Assembly: GCA_040384925.1 (NCBI GenBank)
Contig: JAZKIK010000465.1
Location: forward strand, 1-49,172
From: Pseudomonadota bacterium
GTDB taxonomy: Bacteria; Pseudomonadota; Gammaproteobacteria; Burkholderiales; Burkholderiaceae_C
Length of the DNA stretch: 49,172 nucleotides
Direction of reading: 5' to 3'
The position numbers and the translations under genes are program-made. Positions 35,436-45,274 of this stretch are shown piece by piece. Within the stretch, counting starts at the first letter, position 1, and every line of letters begins with the position of its first letter. The notes beneath the pieces are model-generated. The model saw only the letters and a program-made list of their open reading frames with translations, did no database searches and had not been told where the DNA came from.

Positions 35436-36158
35436 CTAGGAGCCTGAAGACCCGGCAAACAAGACATTCTCACGGGCCAGCAGTACAAAACCGGAGCCAG
35501 AGGCCAGCAGCGGCTTCAGGCGCCCCCCTTCAAAAAGCGCCTGCCATTGTTCACCCAGGCTGCGCGCAGCGGCTTCGTCGGCCAGCCAGACTTCATCAAC
35601 AACATCTGCCGGAGCCGAATCACCGGGGCGCTGCAGCACACGGTTTCGTACTACAGCGTCGATGCCGTGGCCAGCGTCAGCGAGCAGCGCTTTCCATAAA
35701 TCCAGCGTGGTCTCAGCCAGCACATCTGCGGCCACACCCGATGCACGCTGATGAAACACAAACAACTTGCTGCTGCCTCGCTTGCTTCCTTTGGTGAAGA
35801 CCTCTTCAGGCGCTACTGGCAGCTTGACCACACTGGCCTGATCCACAAAATTGTCTTCATCGGGCTGCAGTTGCTCCAGGTAAAACGCGGTCTGGGTGGC
35901 TGCGGCTGCCTGGGCCGGGCTTTCAAACCAGACCTGGGTGACAAAGTCACGGGCGACGGCAAACGGATCTGGCGCTGCACCCGGCCCCCGAAAGCTGCTG
36001 TCAAACACATGGTTTTGCACATACCGCTGCGGCATCAGGCCGGGGTCAGTCGCAATACCGGCGACCACGGCGGTGCCGTGAACATCCAGCATATAGCGGT
36101 GCAGTTGCGTTACGGTCATACCGCCACGGCGGCGGCCCACAATCATCAGTTTCAGCAT
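35436..36158 (-). CDS. EthD-domain protein (two dimeric alpha/beta-barrel repeats); its 3' end is the right direct repeat
   Basis: KLMIVGRRRGGMT..QLHRYMLDVHG, RYVQNH, DFVTQVWF, LQPDEDNFVD. Confidence 0.8.
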   Translation of the reverse strand: MLKLMIVGRRRGGMTVTQLHRYMLDVHGTAVVAGIATDPGLMPQRYVQNHVFDSSFRGPGAAPDPFAVARDFVTQVWFESPAQAAAATQTAFYLEQLQPDEDNFVDQASVVKLPVAPEEVFTKGSKRGSSKLFVFHQRASGVAADVLAETTLDLWKALLADAGHGIDAVVRNRVLQRPGDSAPADVVDEVWLADEAAARSLGEQWQALFEGGRLKPLLASGSGFVLLARENVLFAGSSGS

Positions 36159-36186
36159 AGGTTTTCCGGGTCAAAAAAAGTGTTGC

Positions 36187-37149
36187 TCATGCAGCCATGG
36201 CCTGCCGTATCAAATCAGCCAGACTGCCGTCATCGACAAAACCCAGACTGCGCGAATACGGTGTGCTCAAGGTCGGCAAACGGCCAAAAAGCGTTTCAAT
36301 CACTTCATTGGGGTGGTAGCTCAGGTTTGCTGGATGGCCGGTCAGTTGCTCGATAGCTGCCACCAGTTCACCCACCGTGGCTGTCAGCACCGGCAATTGA
36401 AGGCAAGGTCCGGCTTGCAGTTGCTCCGCAGGCAAACGGGCGGCATGCAGCAGGTTGTTGACGCAACAGGCCAGCGACATCCACCAGCAGCTCGCTGCTG
36501 CGGAAACCGGGCAGTCATACACCTCACCCGGCTCATCCGTCATCAGGCTGCGGATCAGGTCACTCATAAAGGCCGAGCCGTGGCCAGTGGGTGAACGAGG
36601 CCTGGCCACAATGCCGGGCAGACGCAAGGAAACACCATCAAGCAGGCCCTGTCGGCTCAGGTCGGCCAGCAGGATTTCGGTCATGCGTTTGTGCGCACCG
36701 TAACTTAGCGCGGGCCGGGCCGGGCAGGACTCATCCACCACCCCTTCAGTTGGCAAGGCACCGTAAACCGCCACGGAGCTGGCAAAAACCACACGTGGCG
36801 GACTGCTTTTGTCAGCCAGGCGCTGCAGCAAGCTGATGGGTGCCAGCAGATTGACCTGCAAGCCCAGTGCCTGCTCACGTTCTGCCAGGCTGCCGGGCAC
36901 ACTGGCGAGGTGAAACACCCAGTCCGGGCGCTGCGCCAGGGCGCTGTCCAGCAGCACGCGGTCGGCAAAGTCACCTTCAAGCAACGACACGCGTTGGTCA
37001 ACACGCCAGCTTTCGGCACCTGGCCCAAAACGCTGGTCAATGGCAGTCAGCCGTGTGAGTGCAAAAGGCGTTGCCGCAACATCTGTCAACAAGCGCTGCA
37101 CCAGCGCCTGCCCCACAAAACCACCAGCCCCAGTCACCAGAACATGCAT
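36187..37149 (-). CDS. NAD-dependent epimerase/dehydratase (extended SDR)
   Basis: VTGAGGFVG, FHLAS, FASSVAVYG, YGAHK, SLRLP. Confidence 0.88.
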   Translation of the reverse strand: MHVLVTGAGGFVGQALVQRLLTDVAATPFALTRLTAIDQRFGPGAESWRVDQRVSLLEGDFADRVLLDSALAQRPDWVFHLASVPGSLAEREQALGLQVNLLAPISLLQRLADKSSPPRVVFASSVAVYGALPTEGVVDESCPARPALSYGAHKRMTEILLADLSRQGLLDGVSLRLPGIVARPRSPTGHGSAFMSDLIRSLMTDEPGEVYDCPVSAAASCWWMSLACCVNNLLHAARLPAEQLQAGPCLQLPVLTATVGELVAAIEQLTGHPANLSYHPNEVIETLFGRLPTLSTPYSRSLGFVDDGSLADLIRQAMAA

Positions 37150-38147
37150 CAGGCCGCCTCCGCACGGTTCATGGCGACCACTTTCTGGTCAATCACACCA
37201 AATGGCCCTGCACTGCCATCTTCAAAACGCGCCTGCATCCGCACCCTGTCGCCAAACTTCATGAAAGCGGTGCGGGCCGCACCTTCGTCAATCATTTCAA
37301 TCACCCGACGTTCGGCCAGGCAGGCTGAACCAGCGCTGCGGGCGACATTGGACACGGTGCCCGATCCAACAATGGTGCCAGCGCTCAAACGCCGGGTGCG
37401 GGCGGCGTGGGCAACCAGCTGGCCAAAACTGAAGTTCATCTCGCCGCCATTGGGCTCGCCAAAACGCAGGCCATTCAGCTCGACATGCAGGCGCAGATGT
37501 ACACGTCCGTCAACCCATGCACTGCCCAGCTCATCAGGCGTGACGGCAATCGGCGCAAACGAGGACGAGGGTTTGGCCTGCAGAAAGCCGAAACCGGTTT
37601 TCATCTCATGCGGGCCGAGCGCGCGCAAACTCCAGTCGTTGATCTGCACCAGCAGCCTGACGGCGGCCTGTGCTTGCGCGGGAGTGGCCGCCATCGCCAC
37701 CGGGCCAACGACAACGCCGAATTCACCTTCAAAATCAATACCATCTGCCTCGCTGGGCAGCGGCACATCGTCGAAGGGCCCCAGAAAATCGTCACTGGCA
37801 CCCTGGTACATCACGGGCACGGTGTCAAACAGGGGGATGGGTGGCGTGTTGAAAGCCCGCTCCATCAAACGCCCATGATTCAGAAAAGCCGAGGCATCCA
37901 GCCATTGCGGACAACGTGGCAAGGGTGCCAGGCATTGCTGCGGGTCAAATGGAAAACTGTTTGTTGCCTTTGCAGCATTCAAGGAGTCGCTCAGGGCCTG
38001 CAGCGCCGGAGCAAGCTCGTCCCAGCGCTGTACCGCTTCAAGCAGATTGGCGGCTATGGGCGTCGCATCCAGCGCCAGCGCCAGGTCACGTGAGACAACA
38101 ACAAGTCGTCCGTCGGGCTGGCCGTTTTTGAGTGTGGCTAGTTTCAT
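37149..38147 (-). CDS. Fumarylacetoacetate hydrolase family protein
   Basis: MKLATL...DGRLVVVSRDL, YQGASD, IDFEGE, NDWSLR, GSGTVSN. Confidence 0.92.
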   Translation of the reverse strand: MKLATLKNGQPDGRLVVVSRDLALALDATPIAANLLEAVQRWDELAPALQALSDSLNAAKATNSFPFDPQQCLAPLPRCPQWLDASAFLNHGRLMERAFNTPPIPLFDTVPVMYQGASDDFLGPFDDVPLPSEADGIDFEGEFGVVVGPVAMAATPAQAQAAVRLLVQINDWSLRALGPHEMKTGFGFLQAKPSSSFAPIAVTPDELGSAWVDGRVHLRLHVELNGLRFGEPNGGEMNFSFGQLVAHAARTRRLSAGTIVGSGTVSNVARSAGSACLAERRVIEMIDEGAARTAFMKFGDRVRMQARFEDGSAGPFGVIDQKVVAMNRAEAA

Positions 38148-38162
38148 TTTTTGACTCCCGTT

Positions 38163-38972
38163 TTAGCGCGGCAAGGCCAACAGTGCATCGTCAACAATTG
38201 CCACTGCACGCGTCCAGCCTGCAGAACCGCGCCTGACCTTGTGCGGAAAACAGCTGACATAAAACCCATGGCCGGGCAGCGCTTCCAGGTTGTGCAGTTT
38301 TTCAAGGTGGCAATAACCAATGTCGCGTCCGGCCTTGTGGCCTTCCCAGATCAGGGCCTTGTTGCCGGTTTCGGCAATTTTTTGGGCGGTGTATGAAAAC
38401 GGGGCATCCCAGCTCCAGGCATCGGTACCGGTCAGGCGCACACCACGTTCCAGCAGATACATGGTCGCCTCGTAACCCATGCCGCAACCAGCGCTGACAA
38501 AGTCGTTGAAGCCATAACGGCTGCCCGCACGGGTGTTGACCATCACAATGTCCAGTGGCTGCAGGGTGTGGCCAATACGAGCCAGCTCGGCCTCGACATC
38601 GGCGGCGGTGGCGACATAACCGTCCGCAAAATGACGAAAGTCCAGCTTCACACCGGGCTGAAAACACCATTCAAGCGGCACCTCGTCAATCGTGATCGAC
38701 GGTTTCTGTACGCCGTTTTTGGCGTCCATTGTTGAATGGAAATGGTAAGGCGCATCCAGATGGGTGCCGCTGTGGGTGGTCATGGTCACCCATTCGGCTG
38801 CAGCGGCCTCACCGTCTGGGTAGTCATCTACCGTGGTGCCAGGAATCATGGCCATGAACTCGGGCAGCGTGTCCGTGTGTTTCTGGTAAGTGATTTTTGG
38901 CGCCAGCGGCGGCGGGTCGGAGAGGACTTCGTTTTCGAGGTAAATCGACAGGTCCACAAATTTTCTTGTCAT
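38163..38972 (-). CDS. Cyclase family (kynurenine formamidase-like) metal hydrolase
   Basis: HSGTHLDAPYH, GTDAWSWD, WEGH, EKLHNL. Start ATG 38972. Confidence 0.9.
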   Translation of the reverse strand: MTRKFVDLSIYLENEVLSDPPPLAPKITYQKHTDTLPEFMAMIPGTTVDDYPDGEAAAAEWVTMTTHSGTHLDAPYHFHSTMDAKNGVQKPSITIDEVPLEWCFQPGVKLDFRHFADGYVATAADVEAELARIGHTLQPLDIVMVNTRAGSRYGFNDFVSAGCGMGYEATMYLLERGVRLTGTDAWSWDAPFSYTAQKIAETGNKALIWEGHKAGRDIGYCHLEKLHNLEALPGHGFYVSCFPHKVRRGSAGWTRAVAIVDDALLALPR

Positions 38973-38976
38973 CGTT

Positions 38977-39750
38977 TTAATTTCCATCAGAGATAAGAGT
39001 GCCGCCATCCACAACCATGTTTTGCCCGGTGACAAAAGCACCTGCGGCGCTGGCCAGCATCACGGCAACACCGGCAACTTCATGCGGTTCGCCAACACGG
39101 CGCAGCGGTGTGGCAGCCAGCCGGCGCTGCATGAAGCTCGCGTCAACCATCAGGCCGCTGGACAAGGGCGTACGAATCAGGCCGGGTGAAATCGCATTGA
39201 CACGTACACCCTGCGGCCCCCACTCCACCGCCAGGTTGCGCGCCAGTTGCGCCAGCGCGGCTTTGGACAGGCCGTACAGGCCAATCGCCTTGTTGCCACG
39301 CAGCCCGGCAATGCTGGCCATCAGGGTCACACTGCCTCCACCGTTGTTGGCCATCTGCGGAATCAGCTGTTTGCAAAGCCGCATGGCACTGCGCAGGTTG
39401 ATATTCATGACCTTGTCCCAGTCGTCGTCGGTGATGGCCGTGATGGGGCCGGCGGGGCCTTGCACACCTGCGTTGCAGACCAGCCCATCGACACAACCGA
39501 ATTTTTCAATCGCGGCATCAGCCAGCGCATCGACCTGCGACGCTTCGCCCAGGTCGGCAGGCAGCGCAAAACATGGTTTTGTGCCCTGGGAAAGCTCGGC
39601 AGCCAGCTTTTCACAGGCGTCGGCGTCCTTGTCAGACACCAGCACAGTCGCGCCCTGCGCCGACATGGCACCTGAAATCGCCAGCCCCAACCCGCCCGTC
39701 GCGCCAGTCACCAGCACCACCTTGCCGGACAGATCAAACAGGCTGCTCAA
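38977..39750 (-). CDS. SDR family oxidoreductase
   Basis: TGATGGLG, CNAG, YGLSK, NAISPG, VDGG. Confidence 0.93.
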   Translation of the reverse strand: MSSLFDLSGKVVLVTGATGGLGLAISGAMSAQGATVLVSDKDADACEKLAAELSQGTKPCFALPADLGEASQVDALADAAIEKFGCVDGLVCNAGVQGPAGPITAITDDDWDKVMNINLRSAMRLCKQLIPQMANNGGGSVTLMASIAGLRGNKAIGLYGLSKAALAQLARNLAVEWGPQGVRVNAISPGLIRTPLSSGLMVDASFMQRRLAATPLRRVGEPHEVAGVAVMLASAAGAFVTGQNMVVDGGTLISDGN

Positions 39751-40325
39751 TGAGCCTCCAGCGCGGTTTTCAGTGCAGCTTCGTACTCACCACCGACCAG
39801 CACAAACAACATGCGGCAAGGTTTGCCAGAGCGATTCGCCCAGGCGTGGTTGGTGCCACGCTGCACAACAACCGTGCCGGGTTTAAGCTGCACCTCGGAG
39901 TCATCAAGCACCAGGGTCAGTTCACCCTCTATAACGATGCCGTAATCGACTGATACGGTACGGTGCATCAATGGATGAGGCGAGCCAGCCGCCACGGTAG
40001 AGGCTTTGGCATCACCAATCTGGCTGAAAGCGTCATGCATTTTTGCAGCACCTTGCGCCAGAAACTCCGCCGTGTCAGGTGGAATGTCCACAAAACGGAT
40101 GCGTGTGCCGTTTTTGGGTGGCGGCAGGCTTAGCGGACCCACAGTGGGGTCACTTCCGGTATCAATCAGCACCGGGCTTTCAGCAGTGCTCCAGACTTCA
40201 TGAAACACCGTGCCGGGAATGGCGTCCAGCTCAACTACTTTGGCAAGCGGCCCATCAAGGCTGACGATGGCTTTGCCACTGGCGTCGTGGCCTGTAACAA
40301 CTCTGTGGATAGCAGGGAAAATCAT
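39747..40325 (-). CDS. Cupin domain protein
   Basis: HRVVTGHD..GK, MHRTVSVDYG, VVQRGTNHAW.N. Start ATG 40325 overlaps the MFS stop. Confidence 0.9.
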   Translation of the reverse strand: MIFPAIHRVVTGHDASGKAIVSLDGPLAKVVELDAIPGTVFHEVWSTAESPVLIDTGSDPTVGPLSLPPPKNGTRIRFVDIPPDTAEFLAQGAAKMHDAFSQIGDAKASTVAAGSPHPLMHRTVSVDYGIVIEGELTLVLDDSEVQLKPGTVVVQRGTNHAWANRSGKPCRMLFVLVGGEYEAALKTALEAH

Positions 40326-41488
40326 TTGGCGGGCTCCAGGTTTTTCAGGGAAGCGGAAGCAGCAAGTGGCTGCGGGCGCGCACGCCAGAAACAAAAAACA
40401 GCCAGCGTTGCCACCAGCACGGCGGCCAGCCCCAGGCTGCCGTAACCGGCGACTTTGGTCAATGTGCCGCCCAGCACCGGGCCAATGGCCGCACCAATCA
40501 TCAGCATGGCTGGCGTTGCCGCCACGGCGCGGCCGCTGGGGTCCAGCCTGGCCAGCAGACCAAAAGCGAAGGTGTGGGTAAAAATGATGATGGCGGGCAA
40601 CATGGCCGTGGCCACCGCGTAGGGCACAAAACTGCTGCTCTGGGTGATAAAAAGGGCCAGCACGGCCTGCAACACCGGCCCGGCCAGCACGACCTGATGG
40701 GCAGCAAGCCGCCGCTGCAGCAACACCGCCAGCGGTGCCGGTGTCAGGTTGACAAAGCCAATCGCAATCAGCACCCCAGACACGGCGGCAAAACCAAACC
40801 CACTGTCAGTGCCAATACGCTCGACAAAACTGAACATCATGGCTTGCACCAGCCCCATGCAGGCCACGCCAAAAACAGCAAACCACACGGCAGGCGCAAG
40901 TTTGCCCTGCGCCCTTGATGTGTCCTGCGGCTCTGCATCAGGCACAGGAAAGGCAAATGCCCCGACCACGGCAGCCAGCAACATCACACAGCCAAACACC
41001 ACAAACAGCGCTGGCCCGCCGGTTTTGGCAATCAGCTGCGGCACAGCGGCAAAAAACACAATTGCAAAAATGCCCAGCGCAATGCCGACCACCGCAAACA
41101 GCCGGTGCGGATTGGCACTGCGGCCAATCGTGCCGTGGGTAAAACTCAGGCCACACCCTGCAGACAAACCGGCCAGCGCATGCAGCAAGGCCAGCGTCAA
41201 AAAGTCAGTGGTGTTGGACACGGCAAAAAAAGCCGCGGCCGCCAGCACAAAACCCAGCGGTGCCGCCAGACGCCCCCTGATGCGGTTGAAACGCGGCGCA
41301 AAAACCAGGCTGCTGACCACCGCCCCGGCCAGAAACAGGGTGACCAGCCCGCCCGCCTGTTGCGGGTCCAGCCCGTATCTTGAAATCAGCGTGCCGACCC
41401 AGACCGGCAGCGCAACCAGATCGACCATGCCCGCGCAATGCGCCACCATCAGGGCGATGCGCCCCAGTTTGCTGTCTGTTCTGACCAT
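40322..41488 (-). CDS. MFS transporter
   Basis: About 12 hydrophobic segments in 388 aa; LARLDPSGR loop. Confidence 0.88.
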   Translation of the reverse strand: MVRTDSKLGRIALMVAHCAGMVDLVALPVWVGTLISRYGLDPQQAGGLVTLFLAGAVVSSLVFAPRFNRIRGRLAAPLGFVLAAAAFFAVSNTTDFLTLALLHALAGLSAGCGLSFTHGTIGRSANPHRLFAVVGIALGIFAIVFFAAVPQLIAKTGGPALFVVFGCVMLLAAVVGAFAFPVPDAEPQDTSRAQGKLAPAVWFAVFGVACMGLVQAMMFSFVERIGTDSGFGFAAVSGVLIAIGFVNLTPAPLAVLLQRRLAAHQVVLAGPVLQAVLALFITQSSSFVPYAVATAMLPAIIIFTHTFAFGLLARLDPSGRAVAATPAMLMIGAAIGPVLGGTLTKVAGYGSLGLAAVLVATLAVFCFWRARPQPLAASASLKNLEPAK

Positions 41489-41518
41489 TTTTTGTCTCCT
41501 TGTTTTTTCAGCGCAGCA

Positions 41519-42667
41519 TCAAATCGGCTCTGCAAGCGTTGCGAAAGACGAGTTCATGATTCGGGCATGTTCATGCTTGTCGCCGTTGCTGATTTCGATT
41601 TCACCCAGGCGGCCCGAGTTTTCAACCACCATGCGGCAACGCTCCCAGCGCCTGCTCTGGAAGTTTTGCAGGCCGGCTTCAACCGTGGCACCCTTGCCCA
41701 GTTCATCAGCCAGCACCAACCCGTCTTCAATGCCGATGCAGGCACCTGATGCCAGGTGCGGCGTGGTGGCATGTACCGCATCACCGATCAACACCACCCG
41801 GCCCTTGAACCAGGGTTGCGGCAGCAGCATGCTTTCAAGCGGGCGGTAAACGATCTGGGAATGTTCATCAAGCTGCTCGCGCAGTTGCTGCAGCAGCGGG
41901 TCAGAAAACGGTGCCAGCATGTCACGCATCAGGCCCAGGTGCAGCTCAGCAGGAATGTGCTCATTGGTGGGGCGCTGTTCCGTGATGTACATATACATCT
42001 CGTCCGTTGACACCGGGTTGATGCCGGGCTTGACCCGGCCGCCCATCCACATGCGGCCCCGCTCCAGATCAGCAGGACGTTTGAGCACTGCACGCCAGAC
42101 CCCCTGGCCGGTGTACTGGGGTTTGGGAGCTTGGGGAAACACCGCTTCGCGCACTTTGGAATACACACCGTCAGCACCAATCACCAGGTCATATCGACCC
42201 CTCGTGCCGTCGGTGAAAGCGACTTCTACGCCTTCGGTATCCTGCGTGATGGCTGTAAAACTGCATCCCAGCCTGACATTGACATCAGCCCTGCGGGTAG
42301 CCTCAGACATCAGCCTTGCCAGTACCGGCCGCATGATGCCTGCCGTGCCACCTACCGCCGCACCGGCACCAACGGCAGGCGGTGTAGGCAGACGGACAAT
42401 AAAGTGGCCATGGGGCGTAAACAAGTCCAGCCCGTCACTGGGTGCGCCATTCTTGACAAAGCCCTCGTAGATGCCCAGCGTTTCAAATGCACGCAAGGTT
42501 GCGCCGCCCAGGCTGATGCCTGCACCGTAGGAGCGCCACCTGGCATCAATCTCGACCAGATCAACCTCGATGCCACGTTTGCGCAGCTCGATGGCAGCGG
42601 CCATGCCGGAGAATCCGCCGCCGATAACCAGCGCTTTAGTCAAGGCCTTTTTTGTGTTGTCAGTCAT
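41519..42667 (-). CDS. FAD-dependent monooxygenase (FdeE-like flavonoid hydroxylase candidate)
   Basis: VIGGGFSG, DLVIGADGVYS, LIGDAVHATTPHLASGACIGIEDG. Confidence 0.88.
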   Translation of the reverse strand: MTDNTKKALTKALVIGGGFSGMAAAIELRKRGIEVDLVEIDARWRSYGAGISLGGATLRAFETLGIYEGFVKNGAPSDGLDLFTPHGHFIVRLPTPPAVGAGAAVGGTAGIMRPVLARLMSEATRRADVNVRLGCSFTAITQDTEGVEVAFTDGTRGRYDLVIGADGVYSKVREAVFPQAPKPQYTGQGVWRAVLKRPADLERGRMWMGGRVKPGINPVSTDEMYMYITEQRPTNEHIPAELHLGLMRDMLAPFSDPLLQQLREQLDEHSQIVYRPLESMLLPQPWFKGRVVLIGDAVHATTPHLASGACIGIEDGLVLADELGKGATVEAGLQNFQSRRWERCRMVVENSGRLGEIEISNGDKHEHARIMNSSFATLAEPI

Positions 42668-42702
42668 GATGTTGTCTCGCTAAAAACTTGCTTGTCTATT
42701 TG

Positions 42703-43038
42703 TTATTGAAAAAAGTCAATGTGGATGTCACCGTTGGCCGCCACCTGCACAGGCACAGCCGTCAGGGACTGGCCCAGACAGGGGCCCAATATGCAAAGCC
42801 CGCTGTCCGGCTCAAACTGCGCACCATGTGCCGCGCAAACAATACGCGAGCCATCGGCATTGAGGTAGGCGTCCTTGCGCCAGGCCAGCGGTGTGTCGCC
42901 GTAGTGCGGGCAGGCATCACGCCAGCCATATACCTGGCCCGCACAGCGCAGCACAAAAACACCCAGTTCGGCAAACCCGCGCGCACTGCCCTCAGGCAGT
43001 TCACTGCTCGCGCAAAGTCTGGTCATGTCGCTGGTCAT
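42703..43038 (-). CDS. Rieske (2Fe-2S) ferredoxin
   Basis: CPH...CAAHGAQF....G.C..GPC. Start ATG 43038 (or 43026). Confidence 0.9.
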   Translation of the reverse strand: MTSDMTRLCASSELPEGSARGFAELGVFVLRCAGQVYGWRDACPHYGDTPLAWRKDAYLNADGSRIVCAAHGAQFEPDSGLCILGPCLGQSLTAVPVQVAANGDIHIDFFQ

Positions 43039-43049
43039 GATTTGGCGGG

Positions 43050-44024
43050 TCAGTGCGCCTGCTCTGCGGCTGCGGCAGGTGCTCCGCCTTTGGCACCCGG
43101 AGGCGGGCCGCCTGGTGCCCATTTTTCGGTACTTTTGAAAAGGAAGAGCTGCGATGCATCCGCCCCCATGGGCACTTCTCGCGCCACCCACTGGTCGTCA
43201 TGCAGGTCCATGTCGGCGTCGTATTCAACATGGCAACCCAGCGGGCTGTTGAAGTACCAGAACCAGTTGGAGCCAAAACGGTGACGGCCCGGCCCCCAGA
43301 AGGACTGGTAACCTTTTTCAATAAAACGGGTGCCGGCACGCATGACTTCGGTCGGCCCGCCCATGTGGAAGGTGAAGTGTTCACAGCCTTTCATGAAGGG
43401 CGGGGTCTGTATCAGAAACAGCGTGTGGTGGTCGGTTGTGCCTGCGGGGCGAAGAAACGGCCCGGCATCCACAAACCGGTCGGTACACACAAAACCCAGG
43501 CGCGTGTAAAAGGCCTCGGCCTTGGCGGCATCAGGCACAAAATAAACCACATGCGACAGCGTGCGCGGCACCACCGCCACACTCTCGTCAAAGGCCAGCA
43601 CATTGGCAGGTCGTTGCAACGATGCACCCGGCGCATTGACGGTTTCTGCTGGCAGGCTCAGGGGGCGACGTATCGTGACCTGAAAGCCAAGCACAAAACC
43701 GGCATCGTCCTCGACTTCAATCGAATTGTCCGCCAGGCGGCGAACGGTTCGGTCGCGGCCCAGTTCTGCGGCCACCGCCTCCAGCGCCTCTTTGTCGGCC
43801 ACACCGTAAATGGTTTTGCGCAGCATGGTGGCCGTGGGCATAGCTGGCGGCAGGCCCGGATCAGTCTTGTGCGCGATGATGATGCAGGTGCCGTCCAGTG
43901 CCTCAAAACGGCCACCACTTGCGCTGACATCAACAGGCGTCAAACCGTAGTCGGTCAGGTACTGCGCGCATGCGGCCACATCATCAACGCCAAACACCAG
44001 CGCATCAGGTCCAATGATTTTCAT
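43050..44024 (-). CDS. VOC-family (type I extradiol) dioxygenase
   Basis: LSHVV, HHTLF, EHFTF, WGPGRH..GSNWFWYF.SP.G..VEY. Start ATG 44024 after AGGAG. Confidence 0.88.
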   Translation of the reverse strand: MKIIGPDALVFGVDDVAACAQYLTDYGLTPVDVSASGGRFEALDGTCIIIAHKTDPGLPPAMPTATMLRKTIYGVADKEALEAVAAELGRDRTVRRLADNSIEVEDDAGFVLGFQVTIRRPLSLPAETVNAPGASLQRPANVLAFDESVAVVPRTLSHVVYFVPDAAKAEAFYTRLGFVCTDRFVDAGPFLRPAGTTDHHTLFLIQTPPFMKGCEHFTFHMGGPTEVMRAGTRFIEKGYQSFWGPGRHRFGSNWFWYFNSPLGCHVEYDADMDLHDDQWVAREVPMGADASQLFLFKSTEKWAPGGPPPGAKGGAPAAAAEQAH

Positions 44025-44043
44025 GAGTTCTCCTTGAATGGTT

Positions 44044-45225
44044 TTAGAGGGAAGAAGTCGCTGCTGCGGTATGGCCACCCAGCGCTTCGGCCACCCAGTC
44101 GGCGATGTAGTGGCCGGCGTTGATGCTGTTGTCAAAACTGCTGTGCTGCACACCACCTTCACGCTCGGTGAATATCTTCAGTTCGCGTTTCGGACTGTTG
44201 ACCAATTGCTCGTAGGTGGCATGCGCCCACTTCAGCGGAATCTGTGAATCCTTTTCACCATGGGTGACCAGAAACGGCACCTTGATGCGGTCAAGGATGC
44301 CGTCGAGATGCACGTTCTGAGCAATCCGCATGAAGTCGTCAATATCCTTGGCACCCCATACCCAGCAGACATGCGCCCAGTAATGCGGCACTGGCAGGTT
44401 GCCCTCTCTGGCCAGGCGTTTGGCCTGTACATCGCGCCAGTCATGATTGGCACCCCAGACCACGCCCATGGCAAAACGCGGCTCAAAAGCCACGGCGCGC
44501 GGGCAGTAATAACCGCCCAGCGACACACCTTCCATGCCTATGCGTTTGGCATCCACATCGGCCCGGGTTTCCAGCCAGTCCACCACCCGGCTGGCCCAGT
44601 GTTCGGAGTCAAAACGCGCCGTCAGGCCGCGCAGGCGCAGGGCGTCACCTGTGCCTGGCTGGTCAACAATCAGCGAAGACACACCACGCTCGGCCAGCCA
44701 GCGCGGCAGGCCGACCAGATACTTCATCTCCTTGGTGGAGTCCAGACCATTGACCTGAAGCAGAACCGGTGCGCGGTCGCCTTTTTTCACGCCCTTGGCC
44801 GGAACAAATATCCCCGACAGAAACGATTCACCGTAGGGAATCTGAACCAGCTCGCAGTCATCACCCGCAAGTTTCAAACCTTTGGCAAACATGTCCTGAA
44901 ACCGGCTGTAAAGCTCGATTCGGCCCGGCGCACCATGGGCCTGCAGGCGTTCGCAGGTCTGCAGGTAGTTGGCTGCACGTTTGTACTTTTCGCCCGCAGA
45001 CAGCAGACGGCCCTTGGCCTCGTCTTCGGCGGCCAGGATACAAAGTTTGTCGGCCATGCGCGACCAGGTTTCACGAAAGGCCGCAGTACCTGCAGCGTCG
45101 GGCTGTTTTGCAGCCTCCTGCAACGGAGCACACATCTCCTGGATTTCGCCCATGCGGGCACCCATTTCAATCGCCAGATTGACGGACAAGTCCCAGACGT
45201 AGTTGGTGGGGAAATAACGAAACAC
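44044..45225 (-). CDS. Alpha/beta hydrolase (FrsA/2,6-dihydroxypseudooxynicotine hydrolase-like; possible C-C hydrolase)
   Basis: NGLDSTKE, DQPGTG, GVSLGGYY nucleophile elbow, THGEKD, QH. GTG start 45225 after GGAG. Confidence 0.88.
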   Translation of the reverse strand: MFRYFPTNYVWDLSVNLAIEMGARMGEIQEMCAPLQEAAKQPDAAGTAAFRETWSRMADKLCILAAEDEAKGRLLSAGEKYKRAANYLQTCERLQAHGAPGRIELYSRFQDMFAKGLKLAGDDCELVQIPYGESFLSGIFVPAKGVKKGDRAPVLLQVNGLDSTKEMKYLVGLPRWLAERGVSSLIVDQPGTGDALRLRGLTARFDSEHWASRVVDWLETRADVDAKRIGMEGVSLGGYYCPRAVAFEPRFAMGVVWGANHDWRDVQAKRLAREGNLPVPHYWAHVCWVWGAKDIDDFMRIAQNVHLDGILDRIKVPFLVTHGEKDSQIPLKWAHATYEQLVNSPKRELKIFTEREGGVQHSSFDNSINAGHYIADWVAEALGGHTAAATSSL

Positions 45226-45274
45226 GATAAGAACTCCAGAAAAAATCAATCAAAAAACCGAAACCTTCGACAAG

